From positions 19,353,590 to 19,417,589 of the forward strand of contig NC_092387.1 in NCBI RefSeq assembly GCF_030028105.1: 64,000 nucleotides of DNA, in the 5' to 3' direction. Origin of the DNA: Mobula birostris (lineage: Eukaryota). Shown here in pieces: positions 52,601-64,000 of the stretch; position 1 is the stretch's first letter; the number at the start of each line of letters is the position of its first letter. Both the position numbers and the translations under genes were made by a program. The notes below the pieces were generated by a model. The model was not told the origin of the DNA. It did no database searches and worked only from the letters and a program-made list of their open reading frames with translations.

Positions 52601-53388
52601 AATCTTGTGAGGGGTATGTAGTGGCATGTAGGTACTTCGATAATAAATTTACTTTAAACTTTGCTATCTGAAACACTAAAGTGATTGATGATGTCAGTCA
52701 GCAATGGGTGATACAATAGATGGGTGATGTCCCAACAGGGCATGGCTTGTGGAAGGTTATAGGTTGGAGGCTGGTGGGAACATGAAAGAAAGAATTAGGT
52801 ATGGAATTAAGAGACAGCAGAGCTGGTGTCAGGTGTTATAGATAAGAATGAACTACAACTGAGTGGAAAGATATTTTCTTTGGTGCACAAGAGGATGATG
52901 GGATTGTTTGCACCCTTAGCAAAGAGAAGAATTAAGATGGTTCATTATAGTTAAAACAGTCCAATGTGCACACAAACATTGGAGATCATACTGGAGTAGT
53001 CAGGGTGTATTTCTTACTCAAGTATTGGACCCACCATCTGCCTGAAGGAACCTGCCACATTCTGAACTCCCCTCAAAGACCATCTCGAAAGAACTGGCTC
53101 TCACAAGAGGATTGGCCCTTCCTGCTTGGAGCCATTCATCTTCACAATGCACTTCTTGCAACAGGGACTCTCCTTCCAATGGCATTCCCTGTGCCCCGCT
53201 CCGCAGCTCACGCCAAAGACCCCAAACCAGACTATTGTCCTTCAGAAAACTCTTCCCCAAGGCTCTCTAGAACCAGGATCCTGAATGGCTGACACACATT
53301 CCTAAGTTAGACAACGTGGTTTGTTTTCTTCAGCCAAAGCCAAAACACTCTTTTCAGCATGGCACACTGCTTTTAACGGCTAATATAA

Positions 53389-55521
53389 CGCAAGAAGAAA
53401 GCTGCAGAAAAAACTTCGCGAGATGCAGGACAGCTGGTTCAGCAAGAAGGCCGATGAAATCCGGGGCTATGCAGACAGCCACGACATAAACCGCTTCTAC
53501 GATGCGCTTAAGGCTGTATACGGACCCCAGTCCTCCGGCTCCTCACCCCTCCTCAACGCAGATGAGACGCAGCTGCTGACAGAGAAGAAGCAGATTCTGG
53601 ATCGGTGGGCTGAGCACTTTAACAGCGTCCTTAACCGCCCTGCCGACATCAACGACGAGGCCATTGCCCGCCTGCCCCAGGTAGAGATCAACAAGAACCT
53701 CGACACCCTCCCCACAGTAGATGAAGTCAGGAAGGCAGTGAAGCAACTCCCCTGTGGCAAAGCGCCAGGACCCGATGCAATCCCTGCTGAGGTATACAAA
53801 GCAGGAGGCCCTGTCATGATGCAAAAGCTGACTGTACTCTTCCAGTCCATGTGGAAAAAGGGACAGGTCCCGCGCAACAGCTGAAAGATGCCAGCATAGT
53901 CCACATCTACAAGAGGAAAGGCAACCGCCAGTCTTGCGACAACCACCGAGGCATCTCCCTCTTGTCCATTGCGGGGAAGATTCTGGCCCGCGTCCTGCTC
54001 AGCCGCCTTCTCCAACATCTTGAGCAAGGTCTGCTCCCAGAAAGCCAGTGCGGCTTCTGTGCTGAACGTGGAACCGCGGACATGATTTTTGCTGCGCGCC
54101 AACTCCAGGAAAAATGCCAGGAGCAACACAGCGACCTCTTCGTGACCTTTGTCGATCTAACCAAGACTTTCGATACGGTCAGCAGAGAAGGCTTGTGGAA
54201 GATCATGGAGGAGTTTGGCTGCCCCAGCAAGTTCATCACAATCGTCCGGCAATTCCACGAGGGTATGATGGTGAAAGTTCTGGATGGCGGCGACGAGTCG
54301 GAGGCCTTCCCAGTGACAAATGGCGTCAAACAAGGCTGCGTTCTTGCCCCGACTCTGTTCAGTATGGTATTATCTGCCATGCTGACAGATGCCTTCCGTA
54401 ACTACGAAGAAGGAATCCACGTCAGGTACAGGACTGACGGCAGGTTGTTCAACCTTAGGCGCCTGCAGGCAGTTACAAAGGTGCGAGAGACTGTCATCGG
54501 AGACTTGTTGTTTGCTGATGACTGCGCACTCAATGCCAGCACAGAGCAGGAGATGCAGCGTGAAATAGACTGCTTCTCACAAGCCTGCGACAACTTCGGA
54601 CTCACTATCAGCACCAAAAAGACCGAAGTTATGTACCAGCCTGCCCCAGGAAAGCCATACCAGGGGCCGCGCATCACGGTGAAGGGCCAGAACCTCCAGG
54701 CAGCCGACAACATCACCTACCTGGGCAGCATGCTCTCTCACGCAGTGAACATAGACGCTGAGGTCAACAACAGGATTGCCAAAGCCAGCGCCGCCTTTGG
54801 GAGACTCCATGAGAACGTCTGGGAGCAGAGAGGACTCAGCCTTACCACCAAGCTGAAGGCCTACTGTGCAGTGGTCCTTACCACCCTCCTTTACGCCAGT
54901 GAGACCTGGACTGTCTACAGCAGACACGCTAAACAGCTCAACCACTTTCACCTGAGCTGTCTCCGCAGACTCCTCCACATCAGGTGGCAGGACAAAGTCC
55001 CCGACACGGAAATCCTGGAACGAGCTGGGCTCTGCAGCGTCTACACCCTCCTGCTGAAAGCCCAAGCCAGGTGGGCAGGACATGTGGTCAGAATGCCAGA
55101 CAGCTGATTGTCTAAGCAGCTGCTGTACGGAGAACTGTGTCAGGGCAAGCGCTCAGTCGGGGGGCAGCAGAAACGTTACAAAGACTGCCTCAAAGCGTCT
55201 CTCAAAGGCCTGGGTGTCGACATCAACACGTGGGAGACGCTTGCCCTCGACCGTCCAGCTTGGCGCAGCAAGATCACCACAGGAGCCCGTGCAGCTGAAG
55301 TCAGGCGCATCATCGAGGCGCAACGAAAGCGTGCTGTGCGCAAGGCCCAAGCAGCATCCACTGCCACGACAGCACCCACCCACTAGTGTCCCACATGTGG
55401 GCGAGACTTCAGGGCCCGGATTGGCCTCATCAGTCACCTCCGGACCCACAGCCACCAATCTCCCATTTGACTTTGAAGCCATGGTCATCTTCGACTACGA
55501 AGGACGAACAACAACAACAAC
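53389..55521 (+). mobile_element. Young 5'-truncated RTE/BovB-like LINE
   Basis: ORFs 53423-55386 contain GKAPGPDAIP, RGISLLSIAGK, FVDLTKTFDTV, GVKQGCVLAP and LFADD, then a C-terminal CPTCGRDFRARIGLISHLRTH zinc finger and a (CAA)n tail. Empty site in units 1 and 2 (~8290, ~32440). Confidence 0.93.
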
Positions 55522-58500
55522 ATAAAGTACCTCACTGCATAGCAGTAGAAATCTTAACTGGGGCATTACAATTCTGTAAACAAATGTGTAGTTTATTGTG
55601 AGATCCTTTCCTGTCATACCTGTGTTCTGTTGTCGCAGTTCTTGTAACATTTGTCATACCTAGAGATTATGCTAATAGTATAATAGCAATGTCTACTTCT
55701 ATGACATTCGAAGTGTAATGTTGGAAATTTGTGATTCAGCCTTTCCACCACTTAGAGGTAAATTGCTTCTTCTGCCTGCTGCAAAAAAAATGTGACTAAA
55801 TGTGAGAACAAAGATTGCAAATATTCCCTATTGATTCCCTATTGATTTTGGGAGTGACAAATGCACTTCACTTTTAATTCAGAAAGTCTGTGCTTATGCA
55901 ATTCCAAAGGTATAATGACAAAAATCTACTTTGACACCCTAGTGCTATGCTGAGGCACCGTGACACTGCCAGAGGTGCTGCCTTTCAGCTAAAACACTTA
56001 TCAATGGTAACTGAACATGAAAGAACCCATAACACTATTTGAAAATGAGCTGGAAGTATTTCCTCAGTGTCCACTCTCCATTGGATGCTGGGAAATTCAG
56101 GTGTTCTGTGATTATGAACATCATGCCACAGATGCAAATTCTTTGTTTTAATCTTTCAGCTTATGAATGAATTATTTGGAGCACAAAAGAGTTGCAACTT
56201 CATTCCAATTGCTCATAACTAATATATCTTATTTACATTGTTATCCTGTGCCCAGTAAATATGATCCTGGTAAGGTATGTACTCAGTTATTGGGGTCTTC
56301 TATGGAACAGGTGCAGGCAGACAATCTCTGATAATGGCTTGGGTCACCCGTCTTGTAAAGACGCTGCCCAGAAGAAGGCAATGGCGAACCACTTCTGGAG
56401 AAAAGTTTGCCAAGAACAATCATGGTCTTGGGGCAACAATCACCCTCGTCATATGATATGGTGGATAATAAATGAAAGATAATGATGCAGGCTATTCACA
56501 CCCTTGAACCTGGTCGACTGCTCAATTAGATCCGAACCTCAGTTCCATTCACTTGCTTTTTCTGCACCCTCTTGGTGGTTTTAGCTAATAAGGAAGTCTG
56601 TGAATTCAAGACTCGAAGATTTCATTTGACCCTAAGTGTATAGACTTATTTGGGTGGGGCTGAGTTTTCCAAATGTCATTTGCCATTTCTGTGACTCACC
56701 CTTTCTAATTTCATTTAGATTGGCCCACATTCAATTCTCTCCTGGCTCCTTTCAATAAACTAATTCCCAGGCAAAAGCATGGAATTCCCAAGGAATACTG
56801 AACCAAAGACTCATAAGGAGTCAGCACAGGAGCAGACACTTTGGCCCCCGGAGGCTGCTCTGACCATCAACCACCCCTTGCCCTAATTCTATGTCAATCC
56901 GACATTCTCATCAATGGATTCCACCATGCACAAGGGACATTTGACGCTGTTCAATTAACCAAAAACCTACATGCCTTTGAGATGCCGGATAACATTGGGG
57001 CACACGGTCTCAACCCACACAGAGACAGGGAGAATGTGGAAGCTAACAGCCCTGGAGGTCAGGATTGAACCCGTCATCTCTGGTGCTGTGCGATAGCACC
57101 TCTGCACCTCTGTGTCATTCATTCATCAAGTGCCGTGTCGTATGACGGAGATAATCATGCTCTTGACCATGATTGTTGTTCAAAATTTTTTCTACAGAAG
57201 TGATTTGCCATTACCTTCTTCTGGAGAGTGTGTTTACAAGATGGCTGACCCCAACCATTAACAATACTCTTCAGTGATTGTCTGCCTGGCATCAGTGGTC
57301 ACATAACTAGAACTTGTAACATACAGCAGCTGCTCATACAACCATCCAGCACCTGCTTCTGTGGCTTCACGTGACCCTGATCGAGAGTGTAAGCAGGTGC
57401 TACCCCTTGCCCAAGGGTGACCCGCAGGCTGGCAGAGGGAAGGAGCAGCTTATCACCTGTCCTTTGGTAGAGACAGATCTCCACCCCAGCACCCAGTCTC
57501 TGTGTCACCTTCTCATTATTTTCAACCTTGAATCTGTGACTTCTTTGTCTTCTGAATTATGGAGACTACAAGCTTATCTGTCCTCATGTTTATAATCTTA
57601 GCATCAATTTGAAATCTGTCTTGCACCTTTTTCAAGATGAATACTTCTTTTCAGAATGTGGTGCCCAGAACCAATCTCAATTCAAACTGCATTTTGCACC
57701 AAATCTTAACATATCATCCTCTTGTGGTTTAGGAGATTTTTCCAAACAAAATAAAAACAGTTTATGCCTGCCAACTGTTCTCTAAATATCAGATGAGAGG
57801 GAAGAGACATGAGAACAAGGAACAGAATCCTGGAATAACTCCTGATGCAGGGTCTTGAATCAAATCGTGGACATACTCCACCTTCTCCACAGACGCTGCT
57901 TAACCTACTGAGTGTTTCCAACGTTCAGCTTATGTTTGTATCAAACCCAAAGGAATCTCTCTAGAGCTGTGAGATTTATTTTGAATACTCATGGAGGACA
58001 TACATGAGAACATCTGCAGATGCTGGAAATCTAAAGCAACACACACAACAGGCCAGAGAAATAAAATATTCCTCCAGTATTTTGTGTGTGTTGTATACAC
58101 AGGGTGTGCTTTAATGGAAGCCTGAGAAGTATTTATTTCCTTTTATGTTACTTATGGGGAGCTCAGCTATTATGTCTGCTCTTTACCTAAGGAAGGATGT
58201 CCTTGGAATGGAAAAGAATACAGAAGGTTCAGCAGATTGACGAAAGGTTAAGCAGATCGGATTGATATGATCCTGAATCTGGAAGAAAGAGTTATCATCT
58301 CCTTGGAATCTATAAAATTCTGATGGGGTGGACCTTTCCCTTCACTGGGATCGTTAGAATCAGGGGTCACAGAAAGAGGTTGAACATTCACAATAGAGAT
58401 GAGAATAAATGTCTTCACCCGAGGCATGTTGAACCTTTGGTATTATCTCCCCAAAAGGCTATCGGGTGCTTGTTGTTGATCGTACTTAAGACAGCAGACC

Positions 58501-59287
58501 ACAGGTTTTGAGGTACGAAGCACATCAAGGACATGCAATCAGAGGCGCTGAGGACAAGGACCATCTTATTGAATGGCAGAACAGCCAGGTGCGTCAAATG
58601 ATCTCCTCTTGTTTCTATTTATCTTGTGGAAGAAAAATTATACATATACATGCAGAAGTATTTTATACTTGTTTAATTTATGTATAACGTCTGCTAATTT
58701 TGAGAATATGGCAACTTAAATGAACAGAATGTCTTGTAGCATGTTCTGCCATTGCTGCAAAAAGCTGATTTTCATGACTATTCTATATGGTATATAAATG
58801 CCTATGACAATAATAACCTTGAACATGAACTGCTTCCTATAGCCTTCTGACAGTATTTAATGTAATGGGATGGAATGGTGTGCAGAGAATTTAAGTGGGT
58901 CTCTTCCATTTGGTAGAGAACTCACAAATGCTTAAATATGAGAGACCGACAGGATAAAAAGAAGGTGAAAAGATTATTATGAAACTGAAGGTCCAATCCA
59001 TGTTTTAAATGTAAAACTGTTTGAATGGATGTCAGTGAAAGGCAGCAGATGGACTTGGTGTCTCACATGAATCAGGTTATGGGTTCAAGCCCCACTCCAT
59101 GTCTTGAGTATATTATGTCCCTTTCATTATATTTTGGGGGTCTCTTCTTTTGGTAAGGTGCTGAACTCTCCTGCTTGTTTTCAAGTGGTATTAAACCAAA
59201 CAGAAATCTTAGAAGAACTCAGCCATTTAAGCAACATTTGTGGACCATAAGACCATAACACAAATGGACAGCTCCATGATTCAATCC

Positions 59288-62200
59288 TTTTCTTTTTTTT
59301 TTGTAATTTATTTTTTATTGAAGTTCATCAGAAAACAAACATTTGCATAAGATGTATTTCAAATACTGTACATATATATCAGATAATCATATTTGCCACA
59401 AATCTCCACATAATATCTATCTGAGGTATACACCTATAGAAAAGAGAGGAAAGAAAGAAAGAATAAGCAAAAGGAGAAAACTATGTACAAGTAGGGAGTA
59501 ATTTTTTTTTTCACAACATATTCGTTGATTTGTGAGAATAAAATAAGGCCTATGAGGTGTTAGGTAGTTGAAACATTTTTCCCAGTATGAATCAAATTGT
59601 TCCAACTTATGGTTAACAGATGCTGTTATCTTCTCCATTTTGTAAATGTCCATTCTAATTTCCATCCATGCATCTAAAGTTGGGCTCTGCTGTGATAAGC
59701 ATTTCAGGTAAGAGTCTTTTTACCTGCCACCAGCAGTATATTCATTAAATATTTATCTCTCTTCAACCATTCTTGAGGTACATACCCAAAATATATGGTC
59801 TTACTTTCTAAGGGTATTTCACATTTAAAGATGTCTTGTAGGGCATTATGTATCCCACTCCAATAGCCTTTGATAATGGGGCAATCTCAGAAAATATGAT
59901 AATGGTTTGCATTTTGATTTCCACAATTTCTCCAGCAAACAGGGAGGTTACTATCATAATGGGATTTCTGAGAGGGTGTAATAAAATATCTTATCAAGTT
60001 TTTCCATCCAAACTCCCTCCATTTCTGTGAACTGGTACACTTCCATTGATACCATATTATTGTCCAGTCTTCCTCAGATATTATTATCCCTCCTTCCTTC
60101 TCCCATTTTGTTTTAAGGTATGAAGTCGAATGTGGTTTAAGATTTGACAAACTCTTCTACACACTTGAAATGATTCTACTACCATTATCTGAATTATATG
60201 CTTTTCTAAATAGCTCTATCAAACATGTACTTGCTTTGGTTACGTTTTTAACCCTCCTATTAACATACTGTCACATCTGTAGATACCGATAAAAGTCTTG
60301 TTTTTCTAATAAGTGTTTCTCTTTAAGCATTTCGAAACTGAACAGTTTTCCCTCTTCCATTATATTGCAAAGAACTTTTATTCCTTTAGCTGTCCAGTCC
60401 TTAAATCTAGCATCCAGTTTATTTGGCATAAAATCGGAGTCATATGCACAGCATTTAAGAATTGCAATATCTCCCTTTTGTTTATAATCTTTTGTAATAG
60501 TTTTCCATATTTTAAGAGTCCATTTCACCCATGGATTATCAATAGTATTTATGTACCTTTGTAGGTTATTATCAGCCAAGATGCCTGTATGGGGATGGGA
60601 AGTATCCCCTCGTCAATGTTTTTCCATTGAGCGTCATATGATGGGTTGCACCAACATATCACAGCTCTCAACTGTGCTGCAAAATAATAATCTCTAAGAA
60701 AATGTAGGCCCCATCCACCCTTTTCCTTGGCTCATTGCAAAGTTTTGAGATGAACTCTAGGCCTTTTACCTTGCCATACATATCTTGATAACATTTTGTT
60801 CCATTCATTGAATTGATTTTGGTTCATCTCTATTAGTAGGGTCTGAAAGAGATACAATAGTTTGGGCAATATATTCATTTTAATTGATTCAATCCTTGAA
60901 CTGAGACCAAGAAAAGGAATTAGGCTCCATCTTGTTATATCTTCCTAAATTTTTTATATATAGGCTGATAATTGCATTCTGATAATTTTGACCAATCTTT
61001 TGGCATAATGATGCCCAAATATTTGAAAGACTCTGTTTGCCATGCTCAGGGATATCTACTTTCAATTTCTCTTGGTGGGCTATAGTTATATGAAAGTAGT
61101 TGGGTTTTATCCATGTTGATCTTGTATCCTGATAATTGACCATATTGTTCAAAGGATTGCATCAATTTAGCTAAAGAGTATGTTGGTTGCCCTAGATAGA
61201 TCAAAATGTCATCCGCTTAACAGGCCAATTTATGCTCTGTCCATTTAATAGTAATTCCCCTGATATCTTCATTTTCTCTGATGTATTGAGCTAATGGTTC
61301 CAGATATAATGCAAAGAGTAGTGGTGACCATGCACAACCCTGTCTCATGCCCCTTTCTAGGGTAAAACTATTTGACAAATATCCATTGATTTTAATCCTG
61401 GCAGTAGGGTTGTCATATAGTGCCTGTATAGTTTTAATAATTGTGTTATGGAAACCAAATCTATGTAAAACTCTGTTAAGAAGATTTCAATTAATTGAAT
61501 CAAATGCCTTTTCAGTGTCCATGCTTATCACTATTGCTTCGATTTTATTTTTTTTTGTATGTGATCCATAATGTGAAGTGTCCTTCATATATTGTCTTGT
61601 GTTTGGCGTTGTGGTATAAAACCTGTCTGATCCTTATGTATCAGTATGGGTAGAAACTTTTCTAATCATTTGGCCATGATGGAGGTAAATATTCTATAAT
61701 CCACATTAAGAACAGATATTGGTCTAAATGACCCACATTCCATTTTATCCTTGCCTTCTTTCGGTATAGCCAAGATTATCGCTTCCTTCCAGCTGGGTGG
61801 CATTTGTGCCTTTTTTAGAGCCCAGTTCAGTGTGGGGAGTAAGAGAGGAATTAACTCATTTTAAAATTCTTTGTACCACTCTGCCATATGCCCATCTGAA
61901 CCTGGTGACTTGCTTAATTTAAGCCTACTAATTGCAGCTTTCAGTTCAACTTCAGTTATGTCAGCAGTCATCGTTCTATTTTGTTCTTCGCTTATAGTGG
62001 GTAACTCTAGAGAATTCAGGATGGTGTCAATTTGGGTTATGCTTCCCCCTGGAACTTTGGAATATTGAGTTTTGTAAAACATTACAAAAGCTACTTGAAT
62101 TTCACTTAGCTTATTTTTTTTTTATCATTTTTGTTCTTGGATCCCTAATTCTATGAATTGTATTTTTTGCTACCTTTTTCTTCAATTTCCACACCAGTAT

Positions 62201-63690
62201 TTTCATAGACTTAGATCTACTTTCATAATGTCTCTGTTTCAGAAACATTAAATTTTTCCTGATTTCTTGCAGAGCCAAACTATTAATTTCGTTCCTAATT
62301 TTTTAAATTTCCTCTAATGTATCCTGTGCCAAATTCAATTTGTTTTTTTTCTAGTTCTTTCAACCTATTTTTTAATCCTCTAATGTTTTGGTCCTTATTT
62401 TTTCTTTTTGAAGATATTGCTATAATTTTCCCTCTTAAGACAACCTTCAGCGTATCCCATGGAATGGGATGTTAAATCTCTCCATTATCATTAAATTCTA
62501 AGTAAAGATCAACTTCTTTTTTAATTTGTTCCTTAAAGTATGGATTATTGAGTAGACTTGAATTTAGTTTCCAAACAGTATTTTTTGGTTGTAGGTCAAA
62601 ATCAACAGATAAATAGATAGGTGCATGGTCACTTATATCTATTGTCCCAATTCCACAGGTGTTTATTTTGTCTTTGTCTTTTCCAAATGTTGTGAAATAA
62701 TCTATTCTTGTATATAAAGAATGGTGGGGGGGCAGAAAAATGAGTGTAATCCCTTCTGTCGGGGAAAAGGACCCTCCATATATCAATTAAACCGACATCC
62801 TCAAAAAGTGTGTTAACTTTCTTATGTAAGGACTTTGTTTCATAGGTTTTTCTATTGGAAGAGTCTAACTTTGGTTGTAGTTGTAAATTTAAGTCTCCCC
62901 CACATATCAGGAGACCTTCTGTTTCCGTTACCATAATATTAGTAATTTTCTGAAAGAAACTAATATCACTTCCTGGGGGTGCGTATATATTCAATAGAGT
63001 AACTGATTTTCCATCTATATTCCCCCTTACGAGAATATATCTGCCCTCCTTATCTCCCATTTCGAATACTTTTTCAAAACTTAGCTTGCTTGAGATAAGA
63101 ATAGCAACTCCTCTCCTATGTCCTGATTTATGAGGAGAAAAACAGATTAGTGAAGCCCATTCTCTTTAGTTTTCCATGCTCATTATCACTTAAGTGAGTT
63201 TCCTGTAAATATACTACATGGGCTTCACACATCAAAGTTGCTGGTGAACGCAGCAGGCCAGTCAGCATCTCTAGGAAGAGGTACAGTTGACGTTTTGGGC
63301 TGAGACCCTTCGTCAGTAGGGCTCAGGACGAGCACATGATGCGCCCTCTGAATTTCAAGCTCCATAATGGGGGGAGTCTCTAGCGCGTTCCGCAGCAACT
63401 GTCCTACAAACTCCATCATAGACAAACTCTCCGCTCCTTCGGGAACATTGTATATCCTGATATTTTTCTGTCGTGAACTTCCCTCCTGGTCAATCAGTTC
63501 ACTTTCTTGTTGATTTAATATTTTTATCATCTTACTTCGTATCTGTTCCACGTTTTGCACGTGATCTTCCACCTTCTCAGTTCAAGTATCTGCCACCGCT
63601 ATTTTTTGATTGACATTGGTGAGCTCTGACTTGATATCATTGAGTTGCTGTTTTATATCTTTCTGGAATCCCTGTATCTCTTCCAGAATT
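59288..63690 (-). mobile_element. Decayed L1-clade LINE (partial ORF1, ORF2 EN-RT, polyA tail)
   Basis: ORF1 motifs NIRIYNVPEGAE..LEIQRAH. Endonuclease motifs YLQETH, DKEGRY, NIYAP, GGDLN, RIDY and SDHAP, then KSPGSDG. AATAAA and polyA at ~59288-59320 on the minus strand. Confidence 0.9.
63226..63316 (-). mobile_element. Penelope-like terminal fragment inside the L1
   Basis: Matches the 45858-46111 family. Its hammerhead core has GAAA changed to AAAA. Confidence 0.7.
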
Positions 63691-64000
63691 TTTTTTAATA
63701 TCATTTTTATTGAGTTCTCAAAGTGAATACATGAAAAGATAATGTCTACCCTCCCCCCTCCCCTTAACCCTTCCCCCCCGGTATATATGCCTACCTGAAA
63801 AAAAAGAAAGAAAGAAGAAAAAAAAGAAGAACTGCCTGGGTATTGGAAGGTTTCCACATGCTCCATGGGATTCAAAGTAAATTTAGTATATTTATTTATT
63901 ACCTTCCCCAAGGGACCAACATCTTTATCATCAGAGCAACTAAATATGCCATCCTATCTTTTGTAAATAAGGGTGCCAAATATTCAAAAATGTTTCATAT
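63688..64000 (-). mobile_element. 3' end of a second L1-like element abutting or nested in ORF1
   Basis: T-rich tail and tttatt at ~63688-63712, a G-rich 3' UTR stretch on the minus strand, and an abrupt end of ORF1 homology. Confidence 0.5.

Larger units (their letters stand above)
48796..58050. repeat. Tandem segmental duplication, partial period 3 (array end)
   Basis: Colinear with 1-~10460 except that it lacks the LTR block and ~6140-7060 and carries an RTE insertion. Homology stops near 58050. Confidence 0.9.

Noticed and set aside
58100-59280. A neighbouring host-gene exon beyond the array end
   Set aside because: Only decayed CR1/SINE-like fragments and AT-rich sequence. I could not support a spliced coding exon.

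Overview
Eukaryotic, repeat-rich vertebrate DNA. The repeat families look cartilaginous-fish-like, probably a ray or skate (inference from repeat content only). About 58 kb of the window is a head-to-tail tandem segmental duplication with a period of ~24.2-24.6 kb. Each unit carries a minus-strand, three-exon neuromedin B (bombesin-family) prepropeptide gene encoding R-GNLWATGHFM-GKK. Copy A has only exon 1 and its promoter in the window (558-720) and runs off the left edge. Copy B (17044-24909) and copy C (41143-49487) are complete 135-aa ORFs with canonical GT-AG junctions, a TATA box and AATAAA. The decapeptide is identical in B and C, and A matches over the GNLWAT part that is visible. The C-terminal propeptide in exon 2 differs at 10 of 62 residues, and the changes rewire basic cleavage and amidation sites: copy C has an RR-MLEVALAQEAK-GKR cassette, copy B does not. 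The units are mosaics of near-identical and more diverged tracts. The rest is transposable-element debris: nested solo LTRs with a 33-bp minisatellite, a CR1 LINE, a Tc1 remnant, a tRNA-SINE, a truncated Gypsy/Gmr1-like element flanked by a 161-bp duplication, a Penelope-like inverted repeat with two minimal hammerhead motifs, a young RTE/BovB-like LINE, and an L1-like LINE beyond the array end. Repeat boundaries without a stated TSD are approximate, and all alignments were done by eye.
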